From contig NC_068997.1 in NCBI RefSeq assembly GCF_001194135.2, positions 40,485,876 to 40,549,875 on the forward strand: DNA of 64,000 nt. The letters are read 5' to 3'. Position numbers and translations under genes: made by a program. Positions 51,623 through 64,000 of this stretch are shown piece after piece. The notes under the pieces were generated by a model. The model did no database searches. It was not told where the DNA came from and was given only the letters and a program-made list of their open reading frames with translations. Position 1 is the first letter of the stretch. Every line of letters begins with the position of its first letter. Origin of the DNA: Octopus bimaculoides (Eukaryota).

Positions 51623-54012
51623 TTCTTTTAGCAAATGAAGCACGTGTAATGGAGAATAGATGATACCAAAAACTTTTCCACTTTCCCGTTTTCTTACACA
51701 TGTACATATATGTTTTCTTTTACTTTTGAAGTGATTTCAGTCGCAGGACTGCGATCATACTCCCTATGTGTATATGTACATGTAGCTCCGACGAAAGTAA
51801 TTACTGTAGACAATTAAAGGTATAAATTTACTCCATCAAGTTTCTTTGCGCCAAATCACAGCATACATTAATTCCTCCTGGTCAAGTATCATTCATTGTA
51901 GATAAAAACTAAATCTCTTAGTCACAACTGGTTGAACCAAAACTTATTCTTACTAAATTATTATGACATACTTAGATGACAGACTTACCTAATACTTCCA
52001 CATATTTTGTTTCTATGATATATCTCACTTTTAATCCCTCCGCTTCTTTCATTCGCATAAACTTTGGTCATAGCACTGGCTAAAGTAATTAGTCGTTGAG
52101 CACTCTCAGAATGAAGGAATCCAATGCTTAAACGAAAAGCACTCTACATGATTTATGCATGTAAAATTACATCTGTTACTTCGTACTTATTTATGTCTAT
52201 GTATGTATACATACATACATACATACATACATACATGCATGCATGCATGCATACATACATACATACATGCATACATACAAGCACACTCATCTTTCATACT
52301 TTCTATATGTACGAAGCCGTTACTTATATAAATATTTATTTTCTTATTTTGTCAATGATCTTTGTGATGTTTGCAGACGATAGAAACCGAAGCAGAAGCC
52401 TAAAGAAGGATATTAGGAAGAACTCATTGAGAAATAATGGAAAATAAAATTAAACGTGTAAAGAAATATTTTAGTAACATAGCAAATGCAGAAAATGAAA
52501 TAAAACACCCTCTCTAACAAGACAAATAAAAGGCAATATATATCAAAAATACAAAATATATTTTAATAAGGAAATATGGAATAATGAGAAATGAGGAGAA
52601 AAAATTAACGAGATGTTGTGTCACATGAAGATTAAAAGAGAGAAATTCTATGAGGATACAAATGGAAAAATTTATATTTAATGGTTTCTCTGAAGAATAT
52701 ATTTTCTCTGCTAAGAATTATTGCAAAATGTGCTAAAGATTATTTGATATTACGAAAGTCTTGTATCAATTGAATTGCTATATTCAAGGACTGTATCAAA
52801 ATTATAAATATTTCTCACTTCTATTTTCCTAATAAACTTCGGAAACCTTCCATTTAGCAGCTGCTCTAAGAGTAACACGAGTTAATAAACATAGAGAAAT
52901 GAGCAGCAAACTAATATGTAATCTCATAATATTTAGTGTTCAAATGAGGAGAAGCTATTGATTAATTACTTAAAAAGGAGATGGAACGAGATAGATAGTA
53001 ACTATGAACTTCTGACTCTCTTTTAGACAGATGAGCTGATATCCATTTTGAATTTCTGAGGATTTACGCATGTAGGTAAAAAATAAAAACAAGTACATTA
53101 AGTGAATTTCAGAGGATTACATGCATAAACAATTTCAGGTCAGGGATTTCATCACAGGGTGATTTGAGCATTGCCTGTTTTATGGTTGAGTGGTCGGTGA
53201 CTAAACCGGCTTCCACACTTGAGTAGTTTGCTACTCTTGTGATTAAGGTGTCTAGACACACAGCAGGAGACAAAAAGCAAGACCTATTGAAGGGTGGATG
53301 AGTTCCTTGTGGGTCAATTGTCATCCAGTTGGGAGAAAGCAATGACAAACCACCGCATTATCGTTATCTCTGCGAAGAAAACGCTACAAGAAAATCAGAA
53401 TGAAGTAACGCTATAACTTTATCCGGTGGGAAAACTCACGCTTAATCAGAAAGACTTTCGTTGTAATATCATCGACACGATAGAAAAAGCGTACGATGCA
53501 TGACAACAACGACGACAAGCAAAACGTTTAGTGTAAGTTAGAGGGTTGAGATAAACTGCAGATGGCTATATGAAGATAACTCGGTGCTATGGGTGTTGTT
53601 CGGTGGTGAATGATGGCAAGTAAGTTACTTTAAGAAGCAGTTGTCGTTGAGAGAAAAAATAACAAGTCTCAGATGTAGCATACATATTTGGAAGATTCTA
53701 GGAGTGGCAGCAGCACTGACCCAGATTTATAAACAGTTACACGATTGGAATTGACGTTTCTAGAGAGTCCAACACTTATCAAATCTGGACTGTTTCCTTC
53801 GCCTGAAGAGCGAGAAGATAAGAGAAAAAGAAAAGCCATTGGTTAATTCGAGAAAAGTTCGAACAAAGTGACAGGGATGATTTGGTGTTCCTGGGACACG
53901 ACATTAGAAAGAAATAAGGAACCTTTAACCATCGAAGATATTGTTCAAAACTTGCAACAAATAAACAAATAACACCTAAATAAATAAAATAAAATATATA
54001 AACAAAAACATA

Positions 54013-54422
54013 GGCGTAGGAGTGGCTGTGTGGTAAATAGCTTGCTTACCAACCACATGGTCCCGGGTTCAGTCCCACTGCGTGGCATCTTGGGCAAGTG
54101 TCTTCTACTATAGCCCCGGGCCGACCAAAGTCTTGTGAGTGGATTTGGTAGACGGAAACTGAAAACCCGTCATATATATGTATATATATGTATGTGTGTA
54201 TGTGTTTGTGTGTCTGTGTTTGTCCCCCCAACATCGCTTGACAACCGATGCTGGTGCGTTTATGTCCCCGTAACATAGCGGTTCGGCAAAAAGAGACCGA
54301 TAGAATAATTACTAGGCTTCCAAAGAATAAGTCCTGGGGTCGATTTGCTCGACTAAAGGCGGTGCTCCAGCATGGCCACAGTCAAAAGACTGAAACAAGT
54401 AAAAGATAAAAGAGTAAAAGAG
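54013..54422 (+). mobile_element. OK-like SINE, full length
   Basis: Complete element with an imperfect 13-bp TSD AAACAAAAACATA / AAATAAAAACGTA. Confidence 0.9.
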
Positions 54423-55505
54423 AAATAAAAACGTATAGTTCTATGACCTCGAATATGAAGAGGTCATGCAGTTCAGGAAAACACTGGCACAAAGCCAGCA
54501 GTTTTGGGTGGAGAGTAGTTTATTGACCCCGAAAGGCAAAGTTGAACCCGGTGGGTTTTGATCTCAGAACGTAAAATAGGAAGAAATGCCGCTAAGCAAT
54601 TTTTCCGATAGGGTAACGATTCTGCCAGATCTCCATCTTGGATTAAAGCAACGTTATTGGGTTAACATGATTGATCATAACTCATGGTGAAACCTATAAT
54701 TTGTGAAGACTGTGGAGATTTTTGTTGAGAGGACGCGTCCATTACTTTGATATGCGTTGTGAGGGGATTCGATTTGTTCAATGTTAATAAGTTATTTTCT
54801 TTCGAAAGGCAAATTTTTCATAAGTTTTTGTTCATAAAAACAATGCATGAGTAGTGTGACTTGTTTGCAAATGAAAGATTCTTGTGTATGAAACGTTGAA
54901 AGGATGAAGGGTGACGTCCCAGCAGGTGTGTTCATGGTGAGATGATGTAAAGTGAATTGGTTATTAATGGCGAGAAAGGAGATTTCGCAAGAATATAATG
55001 AAATCTTTCAGTAAAAGAATTGACAGAAGAGAAATCCCTCAATGATGAGTGATTTTTTTACAAAGGAAAATATACCAAAGAGAGAGGGAGAGAGAGAGAG
55101 GGGGGGGATTGAGATAGTCCTAAGCACTCTCCTATTTGTAAATCAATCAGAACTTATTCACTGTTTCAACTAACAATACATACGCTGGCTCGCGTAACAT
55201 CTGTTCTCTTGACCTCACATTGGGGATCATATGATTTCTAACAAATGATATTACACACTCACACACACATTATTAATGCAGAATGTGATGCACACGCACA
55301 CACACAGACTTACGTTTACATATGTGTGCGTGTATACATACAAGTATACATACAAATACACATATATGTGTAGGTGTGTTTTCTTTGAGATATACTTAGC
55401 TTCTTCATGGAATCTAATGTCGGTCGCTAACAAATTGACAAGATTCATTCCGTTACGACAGTTCACGAAGTTTTTAAATATGTTAAATATTCTGCTGATT
55501 TAGTG

Positions 55506-55620
55506 TGTGCATGTACGTAAATGCATGTGCATGTACGTAAGTGCATCTGCATGTCTGTAAGTGCATGTGCATGTGCATGTCTGTAAGTGTATATGCATGT
55601 CTGTAAGTGTATGTGCATGC
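55506..55620. repeat. ~20-bp minisatellite GTGCATGT(A/C)(C/T)GTAAGTGCAT
   Basis: Direct reading, about 5 degenerate copies. Confidence 0.8.
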
Positions 55621-55700
55621 ACTTCAGTTCTGTGTGAACATGTTTCCTTACAAACATTCAGATGTTTGTGCTTGTGTGTGTGTGTGTGTGTGTGTGTGCT

Positions 55701-55737
<37 letters not shown>

Positions 55738-56734
55738 GCGTGTGTGCGCGCGTATATATTCATTTAAAGTGTCTCAAAGGAACTTTGGAATCTTCACTTT
55801 ATTGCTAATAGATTGGATTCGGAGGATGCGTGTCAGTTTCTTAGAAAAAATAACTATTTCCAGATTTTTGTGCAAAACTATAGTTCCATACCGTAATGCA
55901 AATACGATGATAGGCACAAAAGAAAGTTTATAACCAGAGTACAATAGAAGTAAGGACTTTTGTTCCCTACAATTGTTCTCTATTTCGTATGACTTTTACT
56001 CCTTATATCAAAAAACAATGTCAGGTCTGTTATAGTTGCATTCGATTTCTGTATTTATTTGAATATATTCCACTAGCACTGCGTGTTTTTAAAGTTGTAA
56101 GTGCATTTTGGTTCTAACATACCATCAAAGTAATCCTCCTTGCAGATACTATTTTGTGACTATATCATATCTCAGGGATACTTTGTATGTATGTATGTAT
56201 GCATGTATGTATGTATGTATGTACGTATGTATGTATGTATGTATGTACGTATGTATGTATGTACGTATGCATGCATGCATGTATGTATGTATGTATGTAT
56301 GTATGTATGTATGTATGTATTGATATGTGTCCACTTGTCTGTGTTTCTTTGTATGTATGTACNNNNNNNNNNNNNNNNNNNNNNNNNNNNGATACTTTGT
56401 ATGTATGTATGTATGCATGTATGTATGTATGTATGTACGTATGTATGTATGTATGTATGTACGTATGTATGTATGTACGTATGCATGCATGCATGTATGT
56501 ATGTATGTATGTATGTATGTATGTATGTATGTATTGATATGTGTCCACTTGTCTGTGTTTCTTTGTATGTATGTACGCTATGTATATAATGATTTTAATT
56601 TGGGTATACTCCTGGTAGTATGCCGTTTAAAGCACGTTCTCTGTCTTCGGCTACCTGGTGTCATCAGCGGTATGGATATATAAATACCACTGTATTTACT
56701 TCAGGAATTCATTCCTGTCCGTCGAGTAAATAAC

Positions 56735-57242
56735 ATGTGAGAGAAAGAGAAAATGGAATTCACGTGATTCTTTATTAATCACGATTGTTTCGACCCATCA
56801 TCGGGCATCGTTTCCTCGCGGGTGAGATTCTGTACAACTGGTTGTAATGCATCATTCGGTATAGATGGGCCACATCAGGTGACTTGAGAAAAGATATCCC
56901 GCTCTTTAATTTCTGTTTCGATTATTTCGATTAGTATATACATTTCATCATTTGACTGCAGCTAGTGGCAAACGGGAGAGATTATGGCTCTAGATCATGA
57001 TCTCTCTCGTACGCCTTTAGCTACAGTCAAAGAACAAAATGTATTCTAATCGAAATAAGCGAAAGGGAAATTAAAGAGCGAGGTACCTTCTGAAAAGTCA
57101 CCTGACGAGGCACATCTACACCGAACGATGCTCCACAACCAGTTGTACAGAATCTCACCAGCGAGAAATCGATGCACAGGGGTCGAGACGATCGTAGTGA
57201 TTAACAATCTCGTGAACTCCATTTTTTTACTTTCTCTCACAT
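56735..57242. repeat. ~210-bp diverged inverted repeat; each arm carries a degenerate hammerhead motif
   Basis: Arm 56735-56945 matches the reverse complement of 57037-57242, including the exact block GGTGAGATTCTGTACAACTGGTTGT / ACAACCAGTTGTACAGAATCTCACC. Confidence 0.85.
57096..57202 (+). ncRNA. Degenerate type I hammerhead (GAAA mutated to GAGA)
   Basis: AGTCAC-CTGACGA-GGC...GTC-GAGA-C-GATC-G-TA-GTGATT; 6-bp stem I and palindromic stem III ACGATCGT. Confidence 0.55.
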
Positions 57243-57325
57243 ATATGTATGCATGTATGTACGTGTGTGTGTGTGTGTGTGTGTGTGCATGCATGTATGT
57301 GTATGTATGTGTGCGTGAGTGTGTG

Positions 57326-57366
<41 letters not shown>

Positions 57367-57516
57367 GGAAATAACAGGTTTTAGTTTTGTTTCTTATCAA
57401 TTTTTGTGCCTAAAACCAAAATGGTTAGAGAAAAAGTTCAATAAACTTTGAAGACTGGAAAAGATATAAACAGTAGCCTAGCATTGNNNNNNNNNNTATG
57501 TGTGCGTGAGTGTGTG

Positions 57517-57557
<41 letters not shown>

Positions 57558-57721
57558 GGAAATAACAGGTTTTAGTTTTGTTTCTTATCAATTTTTGTGC
57601 CTAAAACCAAAATGGTTAGAGAAAAAGTTCAATAAACTTTGAAGACTGGAAAAGATATAAACAGTAGCCTAGCATTGGTGAAAAGAGGGAGATATATGTA
57701 GACACAACCATAAGATTAATC

Positions 57722-57799
<78 letters not shown>

Positions 57800-57931
57800 N
57801 NNNNNNNNNNNNNNNNNNNNNNNNNNNNNNNNNNNNNNNNNNNNNNNNNNNNNNNNNNNNNNNNNNNNNNNNNNNNNNNNNNNNNNNNNNNNNNNNNNNN
57901 NNNNNNNNNNNNNNNNNNNNNNNNNNNNNNN

Positions 57932-57992
<61 letters not shown>

Positions 57993-58836
57993 TAGAGATT
58001 ATGTATGCACATTGTAGCATAAACTGGTCGTGAGTGAGAGAGTGAGAGAGTGAGAGAGAAAGAAAGAGAAAAAGAAAGAGAGAGTGAGCCGATATAAGTA
58101 GATAGTAACACAAGTTTGAGCAGAAGGGTGCCAAATGCACCTCGTGATGGTATTCCTTGTATGTACATATATGGGCGAACGCTTAAGAGGGTTGCTCAAC
58201 AATTATGAGAATTCTTTTTCGATCATACTCTGTTGCATGTCAGGCAAGTTTATTTTACAGTAACCTTAGTTCGATTCAAATTTTGGGAAACAATTTAAGT
58301 AGCCGTTAACTGAAATTAATTCACCCAACCCCCTGATGGAGAGTAGTGGTGGTTCAACGGTTCAGCCTCCTTGCATACTGCATCGCAACGATTTGACCAA
58401 GAATTTCACTAAAGCTATACACGTCTGTGGAATATTCAACCACTTACACGTTAATATTACGAGTAGATAGTTCGGTTGATTGATCAAATGATCGCAAATT
58501 GTGGAACAGACGGCAATCCAAAAATGTTTCTAAAATAAATTTTAAAAACACGGCCTCGCCATTGTTCAACAAGCTAGGGTTAACAGCCAAACCTTCCTCC
58601 AAGTACATCCAACACTAATCATAAAAGAAAACACACGTTGGACAAAAAAACACTCTCTGTTATATACATACATACATACACACACACAGATACATGCATA
58701 TATATAAACATAAATACGAATACACACACATATATACACTTACACACATATATATACCAGTACACATACATACACAACACACATACATACATACATACAT
58801 ATATATATACATGTATATAAGTTTTATATATATATA

Positions 58837-58870
<34 letters not shown>

Positions 58871-60273
58871 NNNNNNNNNNNNNNNNNNNNNNNNNNNNNN
58901 NNNNNNNNNNNNNNNNNNNNNNNNNNNNNNNNNNNNNNNNNNNNNNNNNNNNNNNNNNNNNNNNNNNNNNNNNNNNNNNNNNNNNNNNNNNNNNNNNNNN
59001 NNNNNNNNNNNNNNNNNNNNNNNNNNNNNNNNNNNNNNNNNNNNNNNNNNNNNNNNNNNNNNNNNNNNNNNNNNNNNNNNNNNNNNNNNNNNNNNNNNNN
59101 NNNNNNNNNNNNNNNNNNNNNNNNNNNNNNNNNNNNNNNNNNNNNNNNNNNNNNNNNNNNNNNNNNNNNNNNNNNNNNNNNNNNNNNNNNNNNNNNNNNN
59201 NNNNNNNNNNNNNNNNNNNNNNNNNNNNNNNNNNNNNNNNNNNNNNNNNNNNNNNNNNNNNNNNNNNNNNNNNNNNNNNNNNNNNNNNNNNNNNNNNNNN
59301 NNNNNNNNNNAATATTATGCGTCACCGTTGGTTTATATTGGTAAACTGACGATCTGCTCTGTTTACTTCAGTTTTTCATTGCATACTCTCTTTATGTTCT
59401 CTTATTCAATGTGACCATATGAATGGCATGACTAACAGAATTAATGTACACATACCTACACATGCCCCCCCCCCGCCACACACACACACACACTTTGGCA
59501 TACATACATGCATCCACATTCTTACAGTTATATTCACATACATACTTGCTCACGCGCACATGGATAAATGTGCGCGCGTGTGTGTGTGTGTTTGTGTGTG
59601 TGTGTGTTTGTGCTTGTGAGTGTGTGTATAAATAAGTGAAAAAGGGTAGGAACATATATAAGTTTGTGCGTAGCTAAAGTATGTAAGTACAAATACATAT
59701 GAATATATAATATATAATGCCTATATGCACGTATATATATATGTACGCAAATACATGCACAGACATATATACACACAAACACATACACACACATATATAT
59801 ATATATATTCGTATATGATGTTGCATATATATAGATATATATGTATGTTTATATACATATGTATATATATGTATGTGTGTGCATATATGTAAGTATGTAT
59901 TGTTAGCTATACACATATATTTCTAAGTATTTCACCCAAGTAAACCAAAAATACTCTAAGATAATATATTTCGTTTCATATATTTCTAAAATAGCCTAAC
60001 TCCAAACTATATATTTTCAACCTTCCCATGGATCAGTGGCTGATGACTAAATTGCTCCCTTCTGGACTTTCACAATGAAGTGAATGTTTAGGGACCCAGG
60101 AGGCTTAATAAATAAAACCAGCCATTGGTCAATGAGCACCTACGGAGCCAGTATCAAACATATCCTGGTGTTGAGGATAAATACCACACGGAGCATCAAG
60201 ACCAAGGAAATATTTGAAAGTAATTTATACCAATATTTTATTCTGTATCGGATTGGTTGGATGTGTAAATATA

Positions 60274-60480
60274 CGAGGGGTTGCTGAAAGGTTCCTGGCT
60301 TTGGGGGTAATAGTGAAAGGCCTGGATGGAGGCTTCCTTCTTCGGAGTTCTTTTACAAGGTTTAGAAAAACTGAAGGACTGCTGCAATGTGTGAATCTGA
60401 GAGGTGGAATACGTTGAATAAAATACTAATTAACTGATCCTCCTTTTACCCAAAGCCTGGAACTTTTCAGTGCCCTCTCG
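60274..60480 (+). mobile_element. Internally deleted mariner (MITE), 207 bp, TA TSD
   Basis: TIRs are CGAGGGGTTGCTGAAAGGTTCCTGGCTTTGGG and CCCAAAGCCTGGAACTTTTCAGTGCCCTCTCG, flanked by TA. The interior retains a remnant of the transposase C-terminus (QCVNLRG). Confidence 0.85.
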
Positions 60481-60603
60481 TATAAAGGTCGAGGGTTAAG
60501 AATGCTGGAGAAGCTATGGGTCGACTTGATACATGTCTAATGTTCATAGAATGAAACAAGGTAAGATTCTGTGACTGTTGTTGCATTCTCACTACAAGGG
60601 GTC

Positions 60604-60810
60604 TTTTATCCTTTATTTGTTTCAATCATTTGACTGCGCCTGTGCTGGAGCTACGCCTAAAAGAATTTCGGTAGAAAAACAAATCGACCCCAGCCCTTAT
60701 TTTCTTCTTTTTTAAGCATAGTACTTATTCTGTCAGTTACTTTTGTCAAACCTACAAGTTACGGGTATGTAAACACACCAACGCCGGTTGTCAAGAGGTG
60801 AATGGAGACA
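60604..60810 (-). mobile_element. OK-like SINE, 3' half, diverged
   Basis: Reverse of the tail: TTTCAATCATTTGACTGCGCCTGTGCTGGAG; AAATCGACCCCAG; GTACTTATTCT. Confidence 0.7.
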
Positions 60811-60849
60811 AAGGCAGTGAGCTGTCAGAATCGTTAGCACTCCACCGAC

Positions 60850-61070
60850 ACAGGTGCCCTTACGCATAGTTCTTGAGGAGATTCAGTGTGACACGGAATG
60901 CTACAAGGGTGATGCCTTGGAATTACACATACGACTCATTTTTGCCACTCATTGAAGATGGACAGGATGAAATACAGTGTCTTGCTGAAGGACACAACGT
61001 GCAACCAAGAGTCGAACTCACAACCTTACAAGTGAGCTGAATGCTCTAACCACTAAGCCACGCGCCTTCA
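60850..61070 (-). mobile_element. SINE of the 26243-26540 family, diverged
   Basis: GTCGAACTCACAACCTTACAAGTGAGCTGAATGCTCTAACCACTAAGCCACGCGCC is the reverse of a tRNA-like head. Confidence 0.7.
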
Positions 61071-61280
61071 CACACACACAACCACACACACAACACATAC
61101 GCACACACAACACACACACATTCACACACATATATGACATAACTGTTTCCTTGTGAGAATGTTGCCTGCTTTGTAGAGAATGTTATTGCAACAGTTAGCA
61201 GCAATGTAGTGGCTGCTATCATATTCAGGGAGATGATTATATTCCGTTTTACCAATACAATTTAGATCGAATCAACGAAT

Positions 61281-61445
61281 CGTCCCACCACCGAAATTAA
61301 GCAACGTCGAGCCTAGTGAGTACTTATATGGATGACCGCTTGGGAAACCTAGGGGCTGTAAGTGACTCACAATATAAAGGTGGTGTCCCAGTATGGCCAT
61401 AGTAAAAATGATTGAAACAAGTAATAGAATAAAAGAATAAAAGAA
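61281..61445 (+). mobile_element. 5S rRNA-derived segment fused to the common SINE/LINE 3' tail (SINE3-like)
   Basis: 61281-61360 aligns without gaps to metazoan 5S rRNA nt ~36-116 as recalled (CGTCCGATCACCGAAGTTAAGCAACGTCGAGCCCGGTTAGTACTTGGATGGGTGACCGCCTGGGAATACCGGGTGCTGTA), covering box A, the IE and box C. It is followed by AAGGTGGTGTCCCAGTATGGCCATAG...GAAACAAGTAATAGAATAAAAGA. Confidence 0.75.
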
Positions 61446-61504
61446 TATATATATATATAGTATGAGCATATTTGTGTATGTATATCTATATACACACCTA
61501 AATG

Positions 61505-61538
<34 letters not shown>

Positions 61539-61539
<1 letters not shown>

Positions 61540-62730
61540 CAGGTCATCCTATAAGTTCCGTCCGAATGCTGAATAAAGAAAACAAGTGATCAAATGTTAT
61601 ATTTAATTGAAATTTAATCATCAATGTACTTTCCCTGATTATCTATGACTTCCTTCCATGTATTTATAAGCTTTTTAATCCCATCAATGTAAAACTCTTT
61701 TGGTTTCAAAGCGAAGAACTCTGAAATGTCAGTTTCGACCTCTTCCTGGCTTGCGAAAGTTATGTCCCCCAAATGATTCTGTAAACTACGAAACAAATGG
61801 TAATCTGAAGGAGCAAGGTCGAGAAAATGAGATAGATGAGAAATTTTTTCCCAACCAAGCTCTTCGATCTTCTGTGATGTGGTATTTGCAGATGTCCTGA
61901 TGAAACGTCATTCCTTTTTGATTCACTAAAGCGGGTCTTTTTCCCTTCAAAGTTTGATTCAAACGCTCTAATTGCTGACAGTAGACTTGAGCATTGATTG
62001 TTGCTTGAGGTAGTAACAATTCAAAGTGAATGACTCCTTTGCAATCACACCAGATAGAGAGAACTTTTTTTTTTCCATGAAGTTCCCTTTTAGGTTGTGG
62101 TTGTGCTTTCTCCCTTTTACCAAACCACTGTTTACGACGTTTAACAGAAGATCCATTTTTCGTCACCAGTCACAAGTCTATCCAAAAAGGGTGAAATGAA
62201 TTCGCGAGAATGGAGAGAAGAGCAGATACCAATTTGGGATTTGCGGTTACTTTCGGAAAATTCACGAAGCATCAATTTTCCAAGTTTAGGAACCTCTCCA
62301 AGTTGTTGAAGTTGTCTATGAACAGTTGAATCGTTTGAACTAAGATTTATTGCCATTTCTTCAACTGATAATGCACGATTTTCTTTCAGTAATGCCTGAA
62401 GGAGCTTATCATCAAACTCAACTGGACGTCCTTCTTCGATCTTCATCTTCAAGGCTGAAATCTCCACTTTTGAATTTTGCAAACCATCTTCTGCAAGTTC
62501 TTTCATTCAGCATTCTTTCCCATAAACTGAGTGTATGTTTCGAGTCATTTCGGCTGCAGAGTTTCCTATTTTGTACTCATAAAGCATTATGTGCCTCAAA
62601 TGCTCTTTGGATACTTCCATGTTAGAAAGGGTTTAACCAAAGGAATTTTAATTTCATTATTCTGTAAAATAATATTTAATTAGTTTAAATGTACACAAAT
62701 GCATAAAAATACTTTTTAATTCCATTAAAC
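61539..62730 (-). mobile_element. Near-full-length mariner; transposase pseudogene 62620 to 61614
   Basis: MEVSKEHLRHIMLYEYK..SAAE, GRPVEFDD, FLDRLVTGDEKW, WCDCKGVIHFELL, FHQD, FRSLQNHL...KEVIDNQGKYIDD*, with frameshifts and stops. One TIR (TA-TCAGGTCATCCTATAAGTTCCG) is visible at 61539; the other was not found. Confidence 0.9.
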
Positions 62731-62831
62731 ATTATATATACAGCTGGAATTTACAGAAAAACAAAAGACGAAGACAAGTATCTAAATAACAAGAAAGTGT
62801 ATTAGTTTGACGCTTGGGAATGTGAAGAAGT

Positions 62832-62867
62832 CTTTTACGTTTCGAGCCTACGCTCTTCAATAGAAAG
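62832..62867 (-). ncRNA. Degenerate minimal hammerhead-like motif within a repeat
   Basis: CTTT-CTATTGA-A-GAGC GTAG GCTC-GAAA-CG-TA-AAAG. The stems are intact, but the core CTGANGA has two substitutions. Confidence 0.45.
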
Positions 62868-63311
62868 GAACACGAAGAAATAAACAGAGAGAGATTTTTA
62901 AAAAATCTTGTGGATTTAGCGGCGAATGATGTATATAAAGTAAAGACTATTTGCCAACATAATGTAGCAATAGAGGTGTATTGACGGAGAAGATTGTAAT
63001 TTTTTTCCAATATCGAAGTTCGAAAAGGTGAAAATAGTTATTTTATAGTTCTTGGCTAGCAGCAAATGAAAATCTAAATTTAGGGAATGGAGTCGGTAGA
63101 ATCCAGGCAACATATGCTTCCTAGCTAACAGAACCTGAGAAGTAATAATTATTAGAGGTGGGATACTCAACTAGCCATTCATCAGGTCAATAGTTAAATG
63201 AAGTTAAATTCATATCAAGGGATCTCAAGTTAATTTGCAGGAATATGTGTGTGTGTGTGTGCGTATGTGCGTGTGTGTGTATATATATATATACATATAT
63301 ATATATAAATA

Positions 63312-63545
63312 TAGTCCAGGTCCAGACAAGAGAAACCAAAGTTATACGATGTCCAAGGGGAATGACAACAATAGCTAAAGTGCAGCAATTGTCATAATAT
63401 ACTCAAAAAATCTTAAGCATGCTTGGCTAAACCTCCAGGTCAGTGGAGACTGGAAGAACGTCATCGGAATGTACATTCCAAAGGAATTCGTCTCTAAGGA
63501 GACTGGCAACTTTTCTAACAAGAATCAAAATTACGATATTAAGCA
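63312..63545 (+). mobile_element. HERO/R2-like RT N-terminal fragment
   Basis: SPGPD..KVIRCP...LKHAWLNLQVSGDWKNVIGMYIPKEFVSKETGNF resembles RT domains 0-1 (APGPDG..Y.RCP...W...W..AEGVYIPKE.....FRPI). Confidence 0.5.
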
Positions 63546-63567
63546 AGCTAATCCACTGCTCTCCCCC

Positions 63568-63732
63568 TCCCCCTCTCTCTCTCTCTCCTTCCCCTTTCGC
63601 TTTCTCTCTCTCACACTGACTTCCTCTCTCACTGTCTCTCTCTTTCTCTCCCTGAGTATATCTCACCTTCCACTCCCTTATCTTTCTCTCTCTGCATATA
63701 TATCTGTCTCATACACACACACACATTTATAA

Positions 63733-63767
<35 letters not shown>

Positions 63768-63965
63768 GAGAGAGAGAGAGAGATAGATATAGATATAGAT
63801 ATATACATATATACATATATATAAGTATGCATATATACATAAATGCGTGTGTCAATATGTATATATGTATATAGATATAAACATATATATATACATATAT
63901 ATATATATACATATATACATATATAAACATATATATATATATATACATATATATACACATACATA
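63568..63965. repeat. (TC)n/(TA)n/(GA)n compound microsatellite
   Basis: Direct reading. Confidence 0.9.
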
Positions 63966-64000
63966 AACAGACACGCTGGGTACTCATCGCCTGTGAATAT

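Noticed and set aside
54690-54730. C2H2 linker-like HGE/KP..CEDCG
   Set aside because: Frameshifted, no His pair and no neighbouring fingers.
56178-56576. Exact ~185-bp direct duplication
   Set aside because: Identical copies flank a short N gap; this is a scaffolding overlap artefact.
57300-57680. Exact ~185-bp direct duplication
   Set aside because: Identical copies either side of a 10-N gap; assembly artefact.
60038-60090. CTGATGA motif
   Set aside because: No stem II, GAAA or stem I partner.

Overview
AT-rich, microsatellite-saturated eukaryotic draft-assembly DNA with many N gaps. The repeat families (tRNA-derived SINEs with an internal (TA)n/(TG)n tract and a shared ...CCAGCATGGCCGCAGTCAAATGACTGAAACAAGTAAAAGA tail) match what I recall from Octopus genomes, so an octopod origin is inferred, not proven. 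No intact protein-coding gene can be supported, and almost all listed ORFs are translated microsatellites or gaps. The window looks intronic or intergenic and is full of decayed mobile elements: mariner (3), maT/Tc1-like, Tigger/pogo, hAT, Penelope (GIY-YIG), HERO-like and R4/Dong-like RLE LINEs, a Tx1/L1-like 3' end, and many SINEs. The most interesting signals are: (1) type I hammerhead ribozyme motifs with palindromic minimal stem III, namely a near-intact one at 17950-18014 inside an 81-bp inverted repeat beside a Penelope fragment, a divergent pair at 56.7-57.2 kb with complementary defects, and a degenerate one at 62.8 kb; (2) a ~1-kb non-coding TRIM-like LTR element with a tRNA-Ser PBS and a PPT; (3) a 5S rRNA-headed SINE3-like chimera; (4) a Tx1-like LINE end embedded in a (GATA)n array; (5) two independent SINE insertions at nearly the same site in two copies of one host repeat. 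All family assignments come from by-eye translation and motif recall; no database searches were run.
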